This document shows positions 50,299 through 59,078 of a stretch of DNA of 64,000 nt, piece by piece. Origin of the DNA: a virus; the IMG/VR virus record IMGVR_UViG_3300025411_000008, positions 32,001 through 96,000 of that record, one strand, 5' to 3'. Both the position numbers and the translations under genes were made by a program. How positions within the stretch are numbered: position 1 is the stretch's first letter; the number at the start of each line of letters is the position of its first letter. Under the pieces are notes generated by a model. It was given only the letters and a program-made list of their open reading frames with translations, ran no database searches and had not been told where the DNA came from.

Positions 50299-50769
50299 CT
50301 ACTTGCTAGGCGGATTCGGCGCACCTGTGTTATCAGCGTCATATTCCTCTGATTTATTAACACGGCTTGCTTCTTCTACAGCAGGCGATTTCTTCATTTT
50401 TGTTAAGCCATTTGGCTCTGGGTGAGCAAAATAACGCATTTTCGATGCAAAAGCCCAAACATCATCATCTTCTTGAACGCTGGCAGTCATCACAGGCTGT
50501 TCAGTGTGTGCAGATAAATTATCTGAGTATGGACTACGAAGATCTTTGGTAAGCAAATTCTGCAATGAGAAGTCATAGTTATCTTGCTTAGCACCACCTG
50601 AGTTCATCAGGCAATATCCGTGTGAGTACAGTGGGCGCCTACCATCGACTGCAGTACCGTCCACAAGTACCTTACCCAAACCATCAGTGAATGATGGCAT
50701 ATCACAGAAACGGCAAGGTACTCCTGCAGGAGCGTCTTTTGGCTCTACGTAGCTTCTTTTACGGTTCAT
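50299..50769 (-). CDS. hypothetical Zn-binding protein
   Basis: CRFC...H.YC; start MNRKRSYV at 50769. Confidence 0.65.
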   Translation of the reverse strand: MNRKRSYVEPKDAPAGVPCRFCDMPSFTDGLGKVLVDGTAVDGRRPLYSHGYCLMNSGGAKQDNYDFSLQNLLTKDLRSPYSDNLSAHTEQPVMTASVQEDDDVWAFASKMRYFAHPEPNGLTKMKKSPAVEEASRVNKSEEYDADNTGAPNPPSK

Positions 50770-50770
50770 G

Positions 50771-53176
50771 TTATCCCTCGTCTTCATCTTCTACATCAAA
50801 CCCAGCAGCTCTCATACCACCATTGATGTGACCTTCGTTGTGGATGCCATCCGCAACATTCTCTTGCTCTTCGTGGCTCATGTTACGGCCATTCTTCTTA
50901 AAGAATTGCTTGTTGACCGTGTCAACCATGCCATCAACGTCTCTATCTGAAATCTCTGGTGCTGCGCCACGGTTGAGTCGACCAGGCATTTGTGCAGACA
51001 TTGGTGCGTCAAAGCTAGGACTTTCAACAGACTTCTTGTAAGGAGCATCAGCAATGATAAATCTCTGCTTGTCCTTCTCGCTTACATTGCCTGATGGGAT
51101 ACTGCGTATTTCTGGTGGAATCAGGTTGTAAGGGTGGTGCTCTGGTACTCCATACGTGTCTTCAAACTCGTGACCAAGACTTCTAAGTCGTCGTCTAGCT
51201 TCATTGTTAGGCGTAGTGAGCATGTGGTGCTTGATACCCTCAGTGCTCAATCCTGTTGGCTTAACGTGCTTAACGATAACCTGGACCTTTGATTCTGGGT
51301 TGCTAACGTAATTGCGAGTACCATCTGGGTTTTTGCTGTCGCTTGTTAATAGATCTTTCTTTTGCATAGTTGTCTGGACATCGCCCACAACTTGAACGTG
51401 TTGTGAGTTAAGACGGTCCATTCTTGCAACCTGGCTAATGTGACAAGCGAAAGGAACTGCAGTTGTTCTTCTTGCGGTAGATCTTTCACCAACGATTGGT
51501 TGAATGCTATCAAGCGCATCAGAGATGTGGTTCTGCAAAGGTCCTCGGACAGCTTTGTCACGCTGACTACTGAATGTACTGTTTACAGTTGCGCCCTTTG
51601 AGAACATGGTCTTACGACGACCGCCGTATTGCCCCTTAAGCTGTTCTCTGAGGGCATCACGCTCATCTTTAGCAGTGGTTCCCCAGTGAACACCTTCGAC
51701 GTATTGCCCATCGTGGCTAACGTTTGTGACAACACCAAATACGTGCTTGCCTTGGAAACCACCACTGCTAGCAGACTCATCACGCTTGAGTCTTTGTCTG
51801 TTCGGGCTCTTTGTAAAGTTCTTTTGTTCACGGATATTATTAGCAGCTTCTACCTGGTTTGTCCAGTCTTCGTAGTCCTGCTTAAATTGCTCATCGTGAG
51901 CACCATTCTTGTACTTAGAATCACCAGGAGTAGGCATGCCTGGCACGTGCACGGTTGCACCCCATTGAGGTGCCTTATACATCGTGTTAGGGACAGCCTT
52001 CTCACCAGGTGCTGTCTCGTATGCAGAATCTTGAGGCTGCTCAGCATGTAATGCGGCATTTGGCTCATTCGTATCCCAACCAAGGTGCCAGATAGGAGTA
52101 CCACGTCTGATCTCTTGTCTAGGGTGACCACCCATAATCTCCAAGGCAGGAGCGATGTTATCCTTTTCACCAACCACTGCTCTATAGGCAGCAAAAGCCA
52201 TGGTATTTGGGCTTGACTTGCTACCCGCGAACGCTACGTGGCGTGGGATCTTAGGGTCTGTGCACTTTTCGCAACCATTAGTACAGTCGCAGTTATCACG
52301 AACAGAATCAACATACTTGCCACGTTCAATGTCAGCAGCACCCATTGGGCCGCCTTCACCGGTCTCAAAGTCACCTTGTCCTAAGTGGTGATCACAACCT
52401 GATTGACAATGCCAATCCTTGCCTTCATCGAATGTTTGTTCGTGTCTACAATTAAAGTCGGTGCATTCACTCTCAGGGTGGCAAGCCTTCTCTACGATGT
52501 TGCCATTCTTGTCTTTTTTATCTTTTTTGTGATTAAGAACTGCCTTATTAACAGGACAATTAGTATCGCACATTCCAGCCAAGCAGTGAGTGTTGTGCCA
52601 GTTAACAGCATCATTGTGGCGCCTAGTCTCTTCGTTGACATTTGTCATTCTATCGAAGGTGCCAGCATGTTCTCTTGGCTCATGATAACCTAAGTTGCCA
52701 CAAGTAATGCATTCAATCTGATCGTGAGATCTATCTGCTGGAGCCTCTGGGAAGCCGCCGTGCATCTTGCCCTTACAAGTAGGGCATGGGAATGCTGAGA
52801 TTGCTGTAAGCACAGGAATCTTCATAGCTGCTTTGATGTAATTACGGTTGCTCAAATGGTCGCTTGGTACAACTGCAGTCTCCTGCAACTTTCTTGACTC
52901 TGGTGAGTTCTCAACGAACTTAACCTTCTGGCCCTTTGGGACTCTGATGCTCTTTTTGTCCTCAACGGTTCCTGGAGTGTGATACGTAAGGTCGCCAAAC
53001 TCTTCTTGCTTCTTAGTCTTCTTCTTTTCCTTTTCCTTGCGCTGTCTAGCAACAGGCTCAGGCTCATAGGAAGAGAAGCCAGAATCACCGAGCTGTTCAG
53101 GGGTCAATGCACTGTATTCACCATACTCATCCTCGGGGAAAGAAGCAGTCTTTGAGTTGAAGATTGGTCTATTCAT
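50771..53176 (-). CDS. large Cys/His-rich hypothetical protein (801 aa)
   Basis: CPTCKG, CITCGNLG, HC...C...C, CH...C....C.H, CDC..GCEKC; leader FNSKTAS. Confidence 0.8.
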   Translation of the reverse strand: MNRPIFNSKTASFPEDEYGEYSALTPEQLGDSGFSSYEPEPVARQRKEKEKKKTKKQEEFGDLTYHTPGTVEDKKSIRVPKGQKVKFVENSPESRKLQETAVVPSDHLSNRNYIKAAMKIPVLTAISAFPCPTCKGKMHGGFPEAPADRSHDQIECITCGNLGYHEPREHAGTFDRMTNVNEETRRHNDAVNWHNTHCLAGMCDTNCPVNKAVLNHKKDKKDKNGNIVEKACHPESECTDFNCRHEQTFDEGKDWHCQSGCDHHLGQGDFETGEGGPMGAADIERGKYVDSVRDNCDCTNGCEKCTDPKIPRHVAFAGSKSSPNTMAFAAYRAVVGEKDNIAPALEIMGGHPRQEIRRGTPIWHLGWDTNEPNAALHAEQPQDSAYETAPGEKAVPNTMYKAPQWGATVHVPGMPTPGDSKYKNGAHDEQFKQDYEDWTNQVEAANNIREQKNFTKSPNRQRLKRDESASSGGFQGKHVFGVVTNVSHDGQYVEGVHWGTTAKDERDALREQLKGQYGGRRKTMFSKGATVNSTFSSQRDKAVRGPLQNHISDALDSIQPIVGERSTARRTTAVPFACHISQVARMDRLNSQHVQVVGDVQTTMQKKDLLTSDSKNPDGTRNYVSNPESKVQVIVKHVKPTGLSTEGIKHHMLTTPNNEARRRLRSLGHEFEDTYGVPEHHPYNLIPPEIRSIPSGNVSEKDKQRFIIADAPYKKSVESPSFDAPMSAQMPGRLNRGAAPEISDRDVDGMVDTVNKQFFKKNGRNMSHEEQENVADGIHNEGHINGGMRAAGFDVEDEDEG

Positions 53177-55625
53177 TTGCTGGCTCTTCTACCTTCGCTG
53201 GGCTAATGGACCAGCTATCCGTTTGGTGTGTTGGGAACTTAGAAACAGATTGCTTAAAAGTTTCTTTTGCTGCGGGGCCACTGAAACGTTCAATCTGTTC
53301 AGCTAACTTATTTGATGCCTTTGTAGCTTCTTCCATGTTTCCATGAGAAATGTGCTTGTACAATTCATCCTTAGTTTGATTGTAACGTCCAGTTGATGCA
53401 TCTGGCAATGAGTTAACAGTCTTTTCTACAGAAGATACACCTTCACGCATGTGCTCCGGGAATGCTTCAGGGTCGTGCTGGAACGTGGGCTGAGCAGCTC
53501 TCATCTTACGCTCGACTTTGTTGCTCATGTATGGAGGCAGCAAGTCAGGGAATGTACCGAACTCTTTAGACACTTCCTTAACAAGAGCAAGGTCTTTTGA
53601 TGGTGCTGTGTAATGAGCATTCGGTGCTTTCCAGTGCTGCTCACTTTGACGAACAATCTGGTTCATACGCTCTTCAGGAATGTCAATACCATTCTTCATC
53701 ATTCCGCTAACAAGGCGCTGATCAAGTGGTGCATCGCTCTTCATGTCTTCTACACTTGAACCAAGCTTGCCCTTGTATGTTTCCATAGTGGTCTGGCCAG
53801 TTGATGGGTCAATGTAATTAGGGAAGTGATCAAAACTGTGAGGGTTATCTGCTGTTCCTAGGCCACCGTATTGATTAGCAAACACTGCTTGTACGTGTCT
53901 CTTAGGCAAGTAGAACCCTGGTTTGCCACCCTTTGTCCTAGCACCATGGATGATGCGAGTGCCTGGGGGCAATGTGTTTGGGTCTGCGGCGCTTCTGATG
54001 TGACATGGGCATGGCAAGTTAGTAGGTTTGCCATCCTTATCGAACATCTCCTGGTCGTCATGCTCGCAGTTCTTGCAATCATCACGTCTCAAGTGTGAAT
54101 AGTGGTCAACACCAGTATTACCAACACCAGTACCAGAAAGTGGCATGTTGATCTCTGCGTTGCCATAGAAATCATCTGCGTATCCGTGCGTAGGAGGCTT
54201 CTTCTTCTTAATTACCTTTGGACCATCTACTGTCTTATCGATCAGAGTACCATCGCAGTGTGGGCAAACGTTATCAGGTGTCAAGGCAATGCTTGAGTCA
54301 TCTGAGTGGCAGTTGTCGCAACTGATAGCGGAAGTATCATGTCCAGTAGCGTTGCAAGCAACACATGGGGTTGACTTTGCACCATCTTCGGTGAACTTAT
54401 CACCCTTGCAAATCTTGCAAAGAGGTGCATCTTCTGGATTAACGTACTTTTGCTTACCGCCACCAAGGCCAATAGTGTGAGGTACCAAGATGGGGTTACC
54501 AGCACTGTCCGTGCTTTCCTTCATGTTAACATTGCCCTTGAAACAGCAACGGCAACCTACGATGTTATCATTCTGGTTGGAATTGATTTTACCATCACCA
54601 CATGCGCACGAAGGGTGCTCCTCATGTGTAGTAGTTTCCCAGTCTCCAACAGTCTGCTGACCAGCTTTAAGCGTCTCATATCTGGTGTAACGCTTTACAT
54701 GATCTCCGCCAGGCGTAAAGTGGATCATAGGCATATAGGTGCCTTCTGGGCCACCTTCATCGAATGCATGAGCTAGCTCTACACTCTTTTGACCCTTGCC
54801 GTTATCTACTTCACGATATGCTTTAAGTAGCGGGTTCTGCAGGAGTCTTTCCTTGTAGCCGGGTGTTGTGCCATGAACCATCTGTGGCAGCTGCTCTGGT
54901 TCCTTGCCTTTAGGACCGTGTGGGACTTCACAACCGTTCTCTGAGTCTCCGCCACAAACACAAAGGCTTCCACCTCTTTTGTATGGACCGGTGCCGAGAG
55001 CCATTGACATAAGGTGGTCGATTGCATCACCCTTGTGTGTAGCAATCGTATTTGCTACCGAATCAGGGTCTAGACTTTCAGTTTCTGCTCCAACACCACG
55101 TGCTCTTTGCTTCCTACCTTGCGCATTGGCACGTAATAGCTTATCAGTAGCAGTGCTAATGTTTTCGCCTTTTGCTCTGCGTCTGAAACCAATCATGCCA
55201 TGCGGAGCAAGCTCGAGAAGCTTGTCAGCGTTTTCGTGTTGTGAGTACTGTGATCTAGGAATTCTAATCATCTTGTATTCACCACTGCGCATCAAGTCTT
55301 GCTTGAGCTCACGGGCGTAGTCACCACCACGTTCATTTTCACCTGAATACTTAGGCAAGTCTTTGTGGATGAATTCGTAACGCTTAGGTTCTGCAGTTGG
55401 GTTGTTAATGGGGTGGTAGTCGTTGTCACCAAATTGGATAGCAAAAGGGGCGTCATTGAATTCTTCAGCCTGGGTACGTCGCTTTTCGACAGACTTGCGC
55501 TTCTTTCTTGCTTCACTCTCAGCCTTTTGATATTCTCTCTGCTTCTTGTTTACAAAGATGCGATCATCGTTACTGGCGGAAGTCTTAACGTATTCTATGT
55601 TCTTATTAAAAACAAACTTATTCAT
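53169..55625 (-). CDS. large Cys/His-rich hypothetical protein (818 aa) with DnaJ-type CxxCxG repeats
   Basis: CKICKG, CVACNATG, CDNC, CPHCDG, CKNC, CRCC, CVCG, CACG. Confidence 0.8.
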   Translation of the reverse strand: MNKFVFNKNIEYVKTSASNDDRIFVNKKQREYQKAESEARKKRKSVEKRRTQAEEFNDAPFAIQFGDNDYHPINNPTAEPKRYEFIHKDLPKYSGENERGGDYARELKQDLMRSGEYKMIRIPRSQYSQHENADKLLELAPHGMIGFRRRAKGENISTATDKLLRANAQGRKQRARGVGAETESLDPDSVANTIATHKGDAIDHLMSMALGTGPYKRGGSLCVCGGDSENGCEVPHGPKGKEPEQLPQMVHGTTPGYKERLLQNPLLKAYREVDNGKGQKSVELAHAFDEGGPEGTYMPMIHFTPGGDHVKRYTRYETLKAGQQTVGDWETTTHEEHPSCACGDGKINSNQNDNIVGCRCCFKGNVNMKESTDSAGNPILVPHTIGLGGGKQKYVNPEDAPLCKICKGDKFTEDGAKSTPCVACNATGHDTSAISCDNCHSDDSSIALTPDNVCPHCDGTLIDKTVDGPKVIKKKKPPTHGYADDFYGNAEINMPLSGTGVGNTGVDHYSHLRRDDCKNCEHDDQEMFDKDGKPTNLPCPCHIRSAADPNTLPPGTRIIHGARTKGGKPGFYLPKRHVQAVFANQYGGLGTADNPHSFDHFPNYIDPSTGQTTMETYKGKLGSSVEDMKSDAPLDQRLVSGMMKNGIDIPEERMNQIVRQSEQHWKAPNAHYTAPSKDLALVKEVSKEFGTFPDLLPPYMSNKVERKMRAAQPTFQHDPEAFPEHMREGVSSVEKTVNSLPDASTGRYNQTKDELYKHISHGNMEEATKASNKLAEQIERFSGPAAKETFKQSVSKFPTHQTDSWSISPAKVEEPANE

Positions 55626-55627
55626 TA

Positions 55628-56410
55628 TTAACTTTCGTCTTCCTCGAGGTCATTAACATCGAACATTCTTTGTACCTTTGCCCCAGGTATATTAACTGTT
55701 GGTGTATTAGATGGTTGGTTACTTGGTGGCGTAGCTTCAGGAACTGTTTGAACCTTACGCTCTCTTCTCTTTGGCGTAGGTGTTTCATCGACTGGTGTCG
55801 TTGATTCCTCAGAGTTATAACCCTTAACCTTTGACTTCGGCATCTTAATATCATGCTTTGGTGCTTCATCATCGGCAGATAAATAAGTAACACCTGTAGT
55901 TACTGTCTGATATGGTGTTGGTGTTGTAACTGGAGCATCGCTGTCTTGTATACCACGAGTTCTAGAACGTTCTTTGTTCCTAACAACTCGTCTCTTCGTT
56001 TCGCTCTTCAAGCTACTTACAGCACGCTCAGTCTTGTTAATGTTCCTATTTTCAATGCGTTGATCTGTCTTACCAGATTCGCCTGGGTTCAGACCAGATG
56101 GACGCTGGTTAGCAACAGCATGTTCCATCTCAACGATTTCATTACCAACAAAAAGAGCATGGTTTGCGCATGTGTGAACCTGTGTCACTCCAGATGGAGT
56201 GTAAATGAATTCACCATCTTTGTTCTCTGCTACGCCACCACGCTCGTAGCTCTTAGCACCTTTTGCTCTAGCTTTCAAAGCTTTCCTAGAAGAACGCTGG
56301 ATGCTATCGCACGGGCCCAGAGAATCATATTTCTTCGCTTGTTCTGGAGCTAAGCTATCTCTAAGATCAGCTATGCAGCAACGCTTTCCCATATTAACAT
56401 GCGTATCCAT
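55628..56410 (-). CDS. hypothetical charged protein
   Basis: 260 aa; CC...C...HTC..H; translationally coupled (TAATG). Confidence 0.7.
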   Translation of the reverse strand: MDTHVNMGKRCCIADLRDSLAPEQAKKYDSLGPCDSIQRSSRKALKARAKGAKSYERGGVAENKDGEFIYTPSGVTQVHTCANHALFVGNEIVEMEHAVANQRPSGLNPGESGKTDQRIENRNINKTERAVSSLKSETKRRVVRNKERSRTRGIQDSDAPVTTPTPYQTVTTGVTYLSADDEAPKHDIKMPKSKVKGYNSEESTTPVDETPTPKRRERKVQTVPEATPPSNQPSNTPTVNIPGAKVQRMFDVNDLEEDES

Positions 56411-57639
56411 TATTGATCTCCCTTGCAGCGGTAAGACTCAGCAATAAATTTGTCAACACGGTCAAATTTATTGCCAGGGTAGCTATCTGGAAATGGAGCG
56501 GTTTTGATTTTAGCGATGCCACTCTTGTAATCATCACTTTGCTTAATCTTGGAGATGTTTTCTGGTGTTTCAAAGCCTCTTCTTTTTTCACAACCACAAA
56601 AGACGTGTGACTCTTGCTTAGTAGGCGTTGAGGGTGTAGACGCAGGAAGCAATGCTTGCTCTTCTCTTTTTTGCCTTATTTGCTTTATTTCGTCGAAAGT
56701 GTCTTTGAAGGCACCTGCGTAACCAGTACCTTCTTGCTCTCCGCGTCTTACAAGCATCTTATTGATAGATTCAATGTTTTGACGACCCTTCATTGCAAGC
56801 ACTCGGTCTTGACCCTGCACACCGTGTTCGGGGATAGCAATGGTAGTCTTACGTGATGGTTTGCTAGCAGGCACTCTAGAAGTTCCAGAAGACGCGCTTG
56901 AGTCATCGTCTTCAAAGTCTTCTAACTCTGGTACGTGTTCTTCTGGGGTTTCATCAGTGGGAGCAGACTTTGTCTTATTGAACTTCTTATTGACAGGTGG
57001 CAATGCCTGGATAGGAATACCCTTATCTTCTTCCTGATCACCTTCATGTTCTTCTTCGTGAGAAACATTCTCTGGGATTTCTTCTTCAGCTTCTTCAGCT
57101 TCGTGAGGAGATTCTTCTTCTGGGTGTCCAGGAAGCGTTTCAGGATCGTAAGTGAACTTACCTACTTGTTCTTCTTCAGCTTTCTCTTCATCATTGGGTT
57201 CTGTATCAACTTGTTCTGGCTCTTTGTCTTCAGTTGCATCAGACCATTCTTCCTGCTTGCCTTCGTAGTCATCAGGATCGTAATCGTCGCTAGAAGCGTT
57301 GAAAAGCATTTTGAATGTGGCTGTCTTGCCCAAAGATGGCAATGCAATAATATTTGCTTTTTTCAAGAACTCAATAGATTCAGGAGAATATTTGATCGTG
57401 CCAGGCGTTTGGCCCTGCTTATTCAAAATGTCTTTAAGAGCGTCTTCTTCGCTGGTATAAAGCTTTTTAGGCGTTGAAACTGACGTAGGAGCAGTAGGGT
57501 GCTCTGTTCTCTTATATTTTCTAGGCCCTGGTTCTTTTTGCCCTGATTGTGTGTTATCTTTTCTCAAATACCACTCAGGGTCTCCATTACTAATGGCACC
57601 CGTACCCGAAGAGTACTTAGAATTAAATGTTTTAGCCAT
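56410..57639 (-). CDS. hypothetical highly acidic, low-complexity protein
   Basis: 409 aa; E/D tracts; leader FNSKYSS; C-terminal H.FCGC...C. Confidence 0.75.
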   Translation of the reverse strand: MAKTFNSKYSSGTGAISNGDPEWYLRKDNTQSGQKEPGPRKYKRTEHPTAPTSVSTPKKLYTSEEDALKDILNKQGQTPGTIKYSPESIEFLKKANIIALPSLGKTATFKMLFNASSDDYDPDDYEGKQEEWSDATEDKEPEQVDTEPNDEEKAEEEQVGKFTYDPETLPGHPEEESPHEAEEAEEEIPENVSHEEEHEGDQEEDKGIPIQALPPVNKKFNKTKSAPTDETPEEHVPELEDFEDDDSSASSGTSRVPASKPSRKTTIAIPEHGVQGQDRVLAMKGRQNIESINKMLVRRGEQEGTGYAGAFKDTFDEIKQIRQKREEQALLPASTPSTPTKQESHVFCGCEKRRGFETPENISKIKQSDDYKSGIAKIKTAPFPDSYPGNKFDRVDKFIAESYRCKGDQ

Positions 57640-57669
57640 ATCAACCTAACGATTCAACAAAGGTTGATA

Positions 57670-58275
57670 TTACTTGTTGTATTGATCTGGGTAGTTCTTG
57701 TGAAAAGGATTGTGCTTCATAGGGCTCGTAAACTTGTCGTGCTCTTGAGTGGGCTCAGGGTTGTTAAACTTCTTCCTGGAGTCATCAATGCCCTTGTCAA
57801 CTCTGCTACCAATGCAATTGTGAAGGCCACTAGCACCACACTTCTTACAACGATCATCCTCACGTGGCTCATAGTGTTTGTGGTAATCGTTAGGGCCAGA
57901 CTTAGGATTGTACTGTGGAGGAGTCTTCTTATTAGCATTGTTGGGGTCATCACCATTACCACCAGCAAATGTGGTTTCAGCAGCAATCTTGCAGAATTGG
58001 CAAGATGCGTGACGGAGCTGCCACTCTTCGTGTACAGCGCGTACGAGTTTAGCCTTGGAGTCACTGACGTTGGCGAGTCTGCGGTGTGCAGTGCGCTCGA
58101 TGTCCTCTTCGACCATTTGCATGCGGAAAGCAAGCTCCTTATCGCTGTGAGCCATGAACAAGAAATCACCTGTGTTGGTAAGCAGCTCGTGCTTAGCAGT
58201 GACAAGCTTCTTACCAGCAAGCTTGGCATCAAATGCCATATTTACTGAGTCATCGTAATCGAACATCGAGGTCAT
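57670..58275 (-). CDS. hypothetical protein, candidate head component
   Basis: 201 aa; AAGGAG SD; FDAKLA, RHAS, KIAA motifs; CQFC, CKKC...HNC. Confidence 0.75.
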   Translation of the reverse strand: MTSMFDYDDSVNMAFDAKLAGKKLVTAKHELLTNTGDFLFMAHSDKELAFRMQMVEEDIERTAHRRLANVSDSKAKLVRAVHEEWQLRHASCQFCKIAAETTFAGGNGDDPNNANKKTPPQYNPKSGPNDYHKHYEPREDDRCKKCGASGLHNCIGSRVDKGIDDSRKKFNNPEPTQEHDKFTSPMKHNPFHKNYPDQYNK

Positions 58276-58364
58276 CGTGTTACTCCTTATACTGTTCCCT
58301 TAGGAACGCTGGACAGTAGGCAATATATGCCTAATACCTGTTATAAGATAGAGCATGTTTTAAA

Positions 58365-58448
58365 TGGTCGATGGGGAGAGATTCGAACTCCCGTACCCGA
58401 AGGATCTGGTTTACAGCCAGACGCGATTGGCCACTCCGCCACCCATCG
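58365..58448 (-). tRNA. tRNA-Tyr(GUA), C1:G72, encoded CCA
   Basis: CGATGGG...TCTGG-CTGTAAA-CCAGA...GGGAG-TTCGAAT-CTCTC-CCCATCG-A-CCA; extended variable arm. Confidence 0.93.
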
Positions 58449-58453
58449 ATTTG

Positions 58454-58524
58454 CTGAGGGAGAAGGACTCGAACCTTCAACAAAAGCTCCAAAGGCTCCC
58501 GTGTTGCCATTACACCATCCCTCA
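58454..58524 (-). tRNA. tRNA-Gln(UUG)
   Basis: TGAGGGATGGTGTAATGGCAACACGGGAGC-CTTTGGA-GCTTT...GAAGGTTCGAGTCCTTCTCCCTCAG. Confidence 0.9.
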
Positions 58525-58546
58525 ATGTTTATTGCATGGCATGCAG

Positions 58547-58633
58547 CGGAATGAGTAGGATTCGAACCTACGGAGGCTTTGATACCTCGCCGGTTTAGCA
58601 AACCGGTGCTTTCGACCACTCAGCCATCATTCC
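58547..58633 (-). tRNA. tRNA-Ser(GCU)
   Basis: GGAATGA acceptor; CCGGT-TTGCTAA-ACCGG; long variable arm GAGGT..GCCTC; G73. Confidence 0.93.
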
Positions 58634-58638
58634 TTATG

Positions 58639-58710
58639 CTCCCAGGGTAGGGATCGAACCTACGACCGAGCGATTAACAGTCGCTTGCTCTGCCGCTGAG
58701 CTACCTGGGA
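58639..58710 (-). tRNA. tRNA-Asn(GUU)
   Basis: TCCCAGGTAGCTCAG...AGCGA-CTGTTAA-TCGCT...GTAGGTTCGATCCCTACCCTGGGAG. Confidence 0.93.
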
Positions 58711-58718
58711 TTGTAAAA

Positions 58719-59078
58719 CTAGTCTCCTTTGACCACTCTGATACTATCATAGTCGAAGTGTTGGGTAGAGAACTCAAATACGCGTGAATTCTCTAGACCA
58801 ATGATTCTGTGACGTAAACCGACAGGTACGTGGAAAAGGTCTCCCGCATTAAGCACCTTTTCCTGTGCGAGCTCGATATCGTCTGTCTCACCGTAAAGTA
58901 CGATGACCTTACCGTTCTCTACGTAGAAGGTTTCGTCCTTGATGTTGTGATAATGGTAAGAAAGCTTCTTACCCTTATTCATGTGCAAGATCTTGGCGCA
59001 GTACTTCTCAGAGTTACAAAGAATCTCTTCATAACCCCAGCCCTTTTCTACAAATTCCTTATTCAAAGAAGTCATCAC
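58719..59078 (-). CDS. cupin-fold sugar isomerase-like protein
   Basis: KGWGYE, LSYHYH..KDETFYV..G, GD.FHVP.G..HR. Confidence 0.8.
   Translation of the reverse strand: MMTSLNKEFVEKGWGYEEILCNSEKYCAKILHMNKGKKLSYHYHNIKDETFYVENGKVIVLYGETDDIELAQEKVLNAGDLFHVPVGLRHRIIGLENSRVFEFSTQHFDYDSIRVVKGD

Noticed and set aside
49679-50425. Long plus-strand ORFs (also 22740-23534, 38676-39317, 57547-58248, 401-904)
   Set aside because: All are antisense to well-supported, coupled minus-strand genes and have no recognisable motifs.
58327-58619. Short ORFs over the tRNA cluster
   Set aside because: The region is fully explained by four tRNA cloverleafs.
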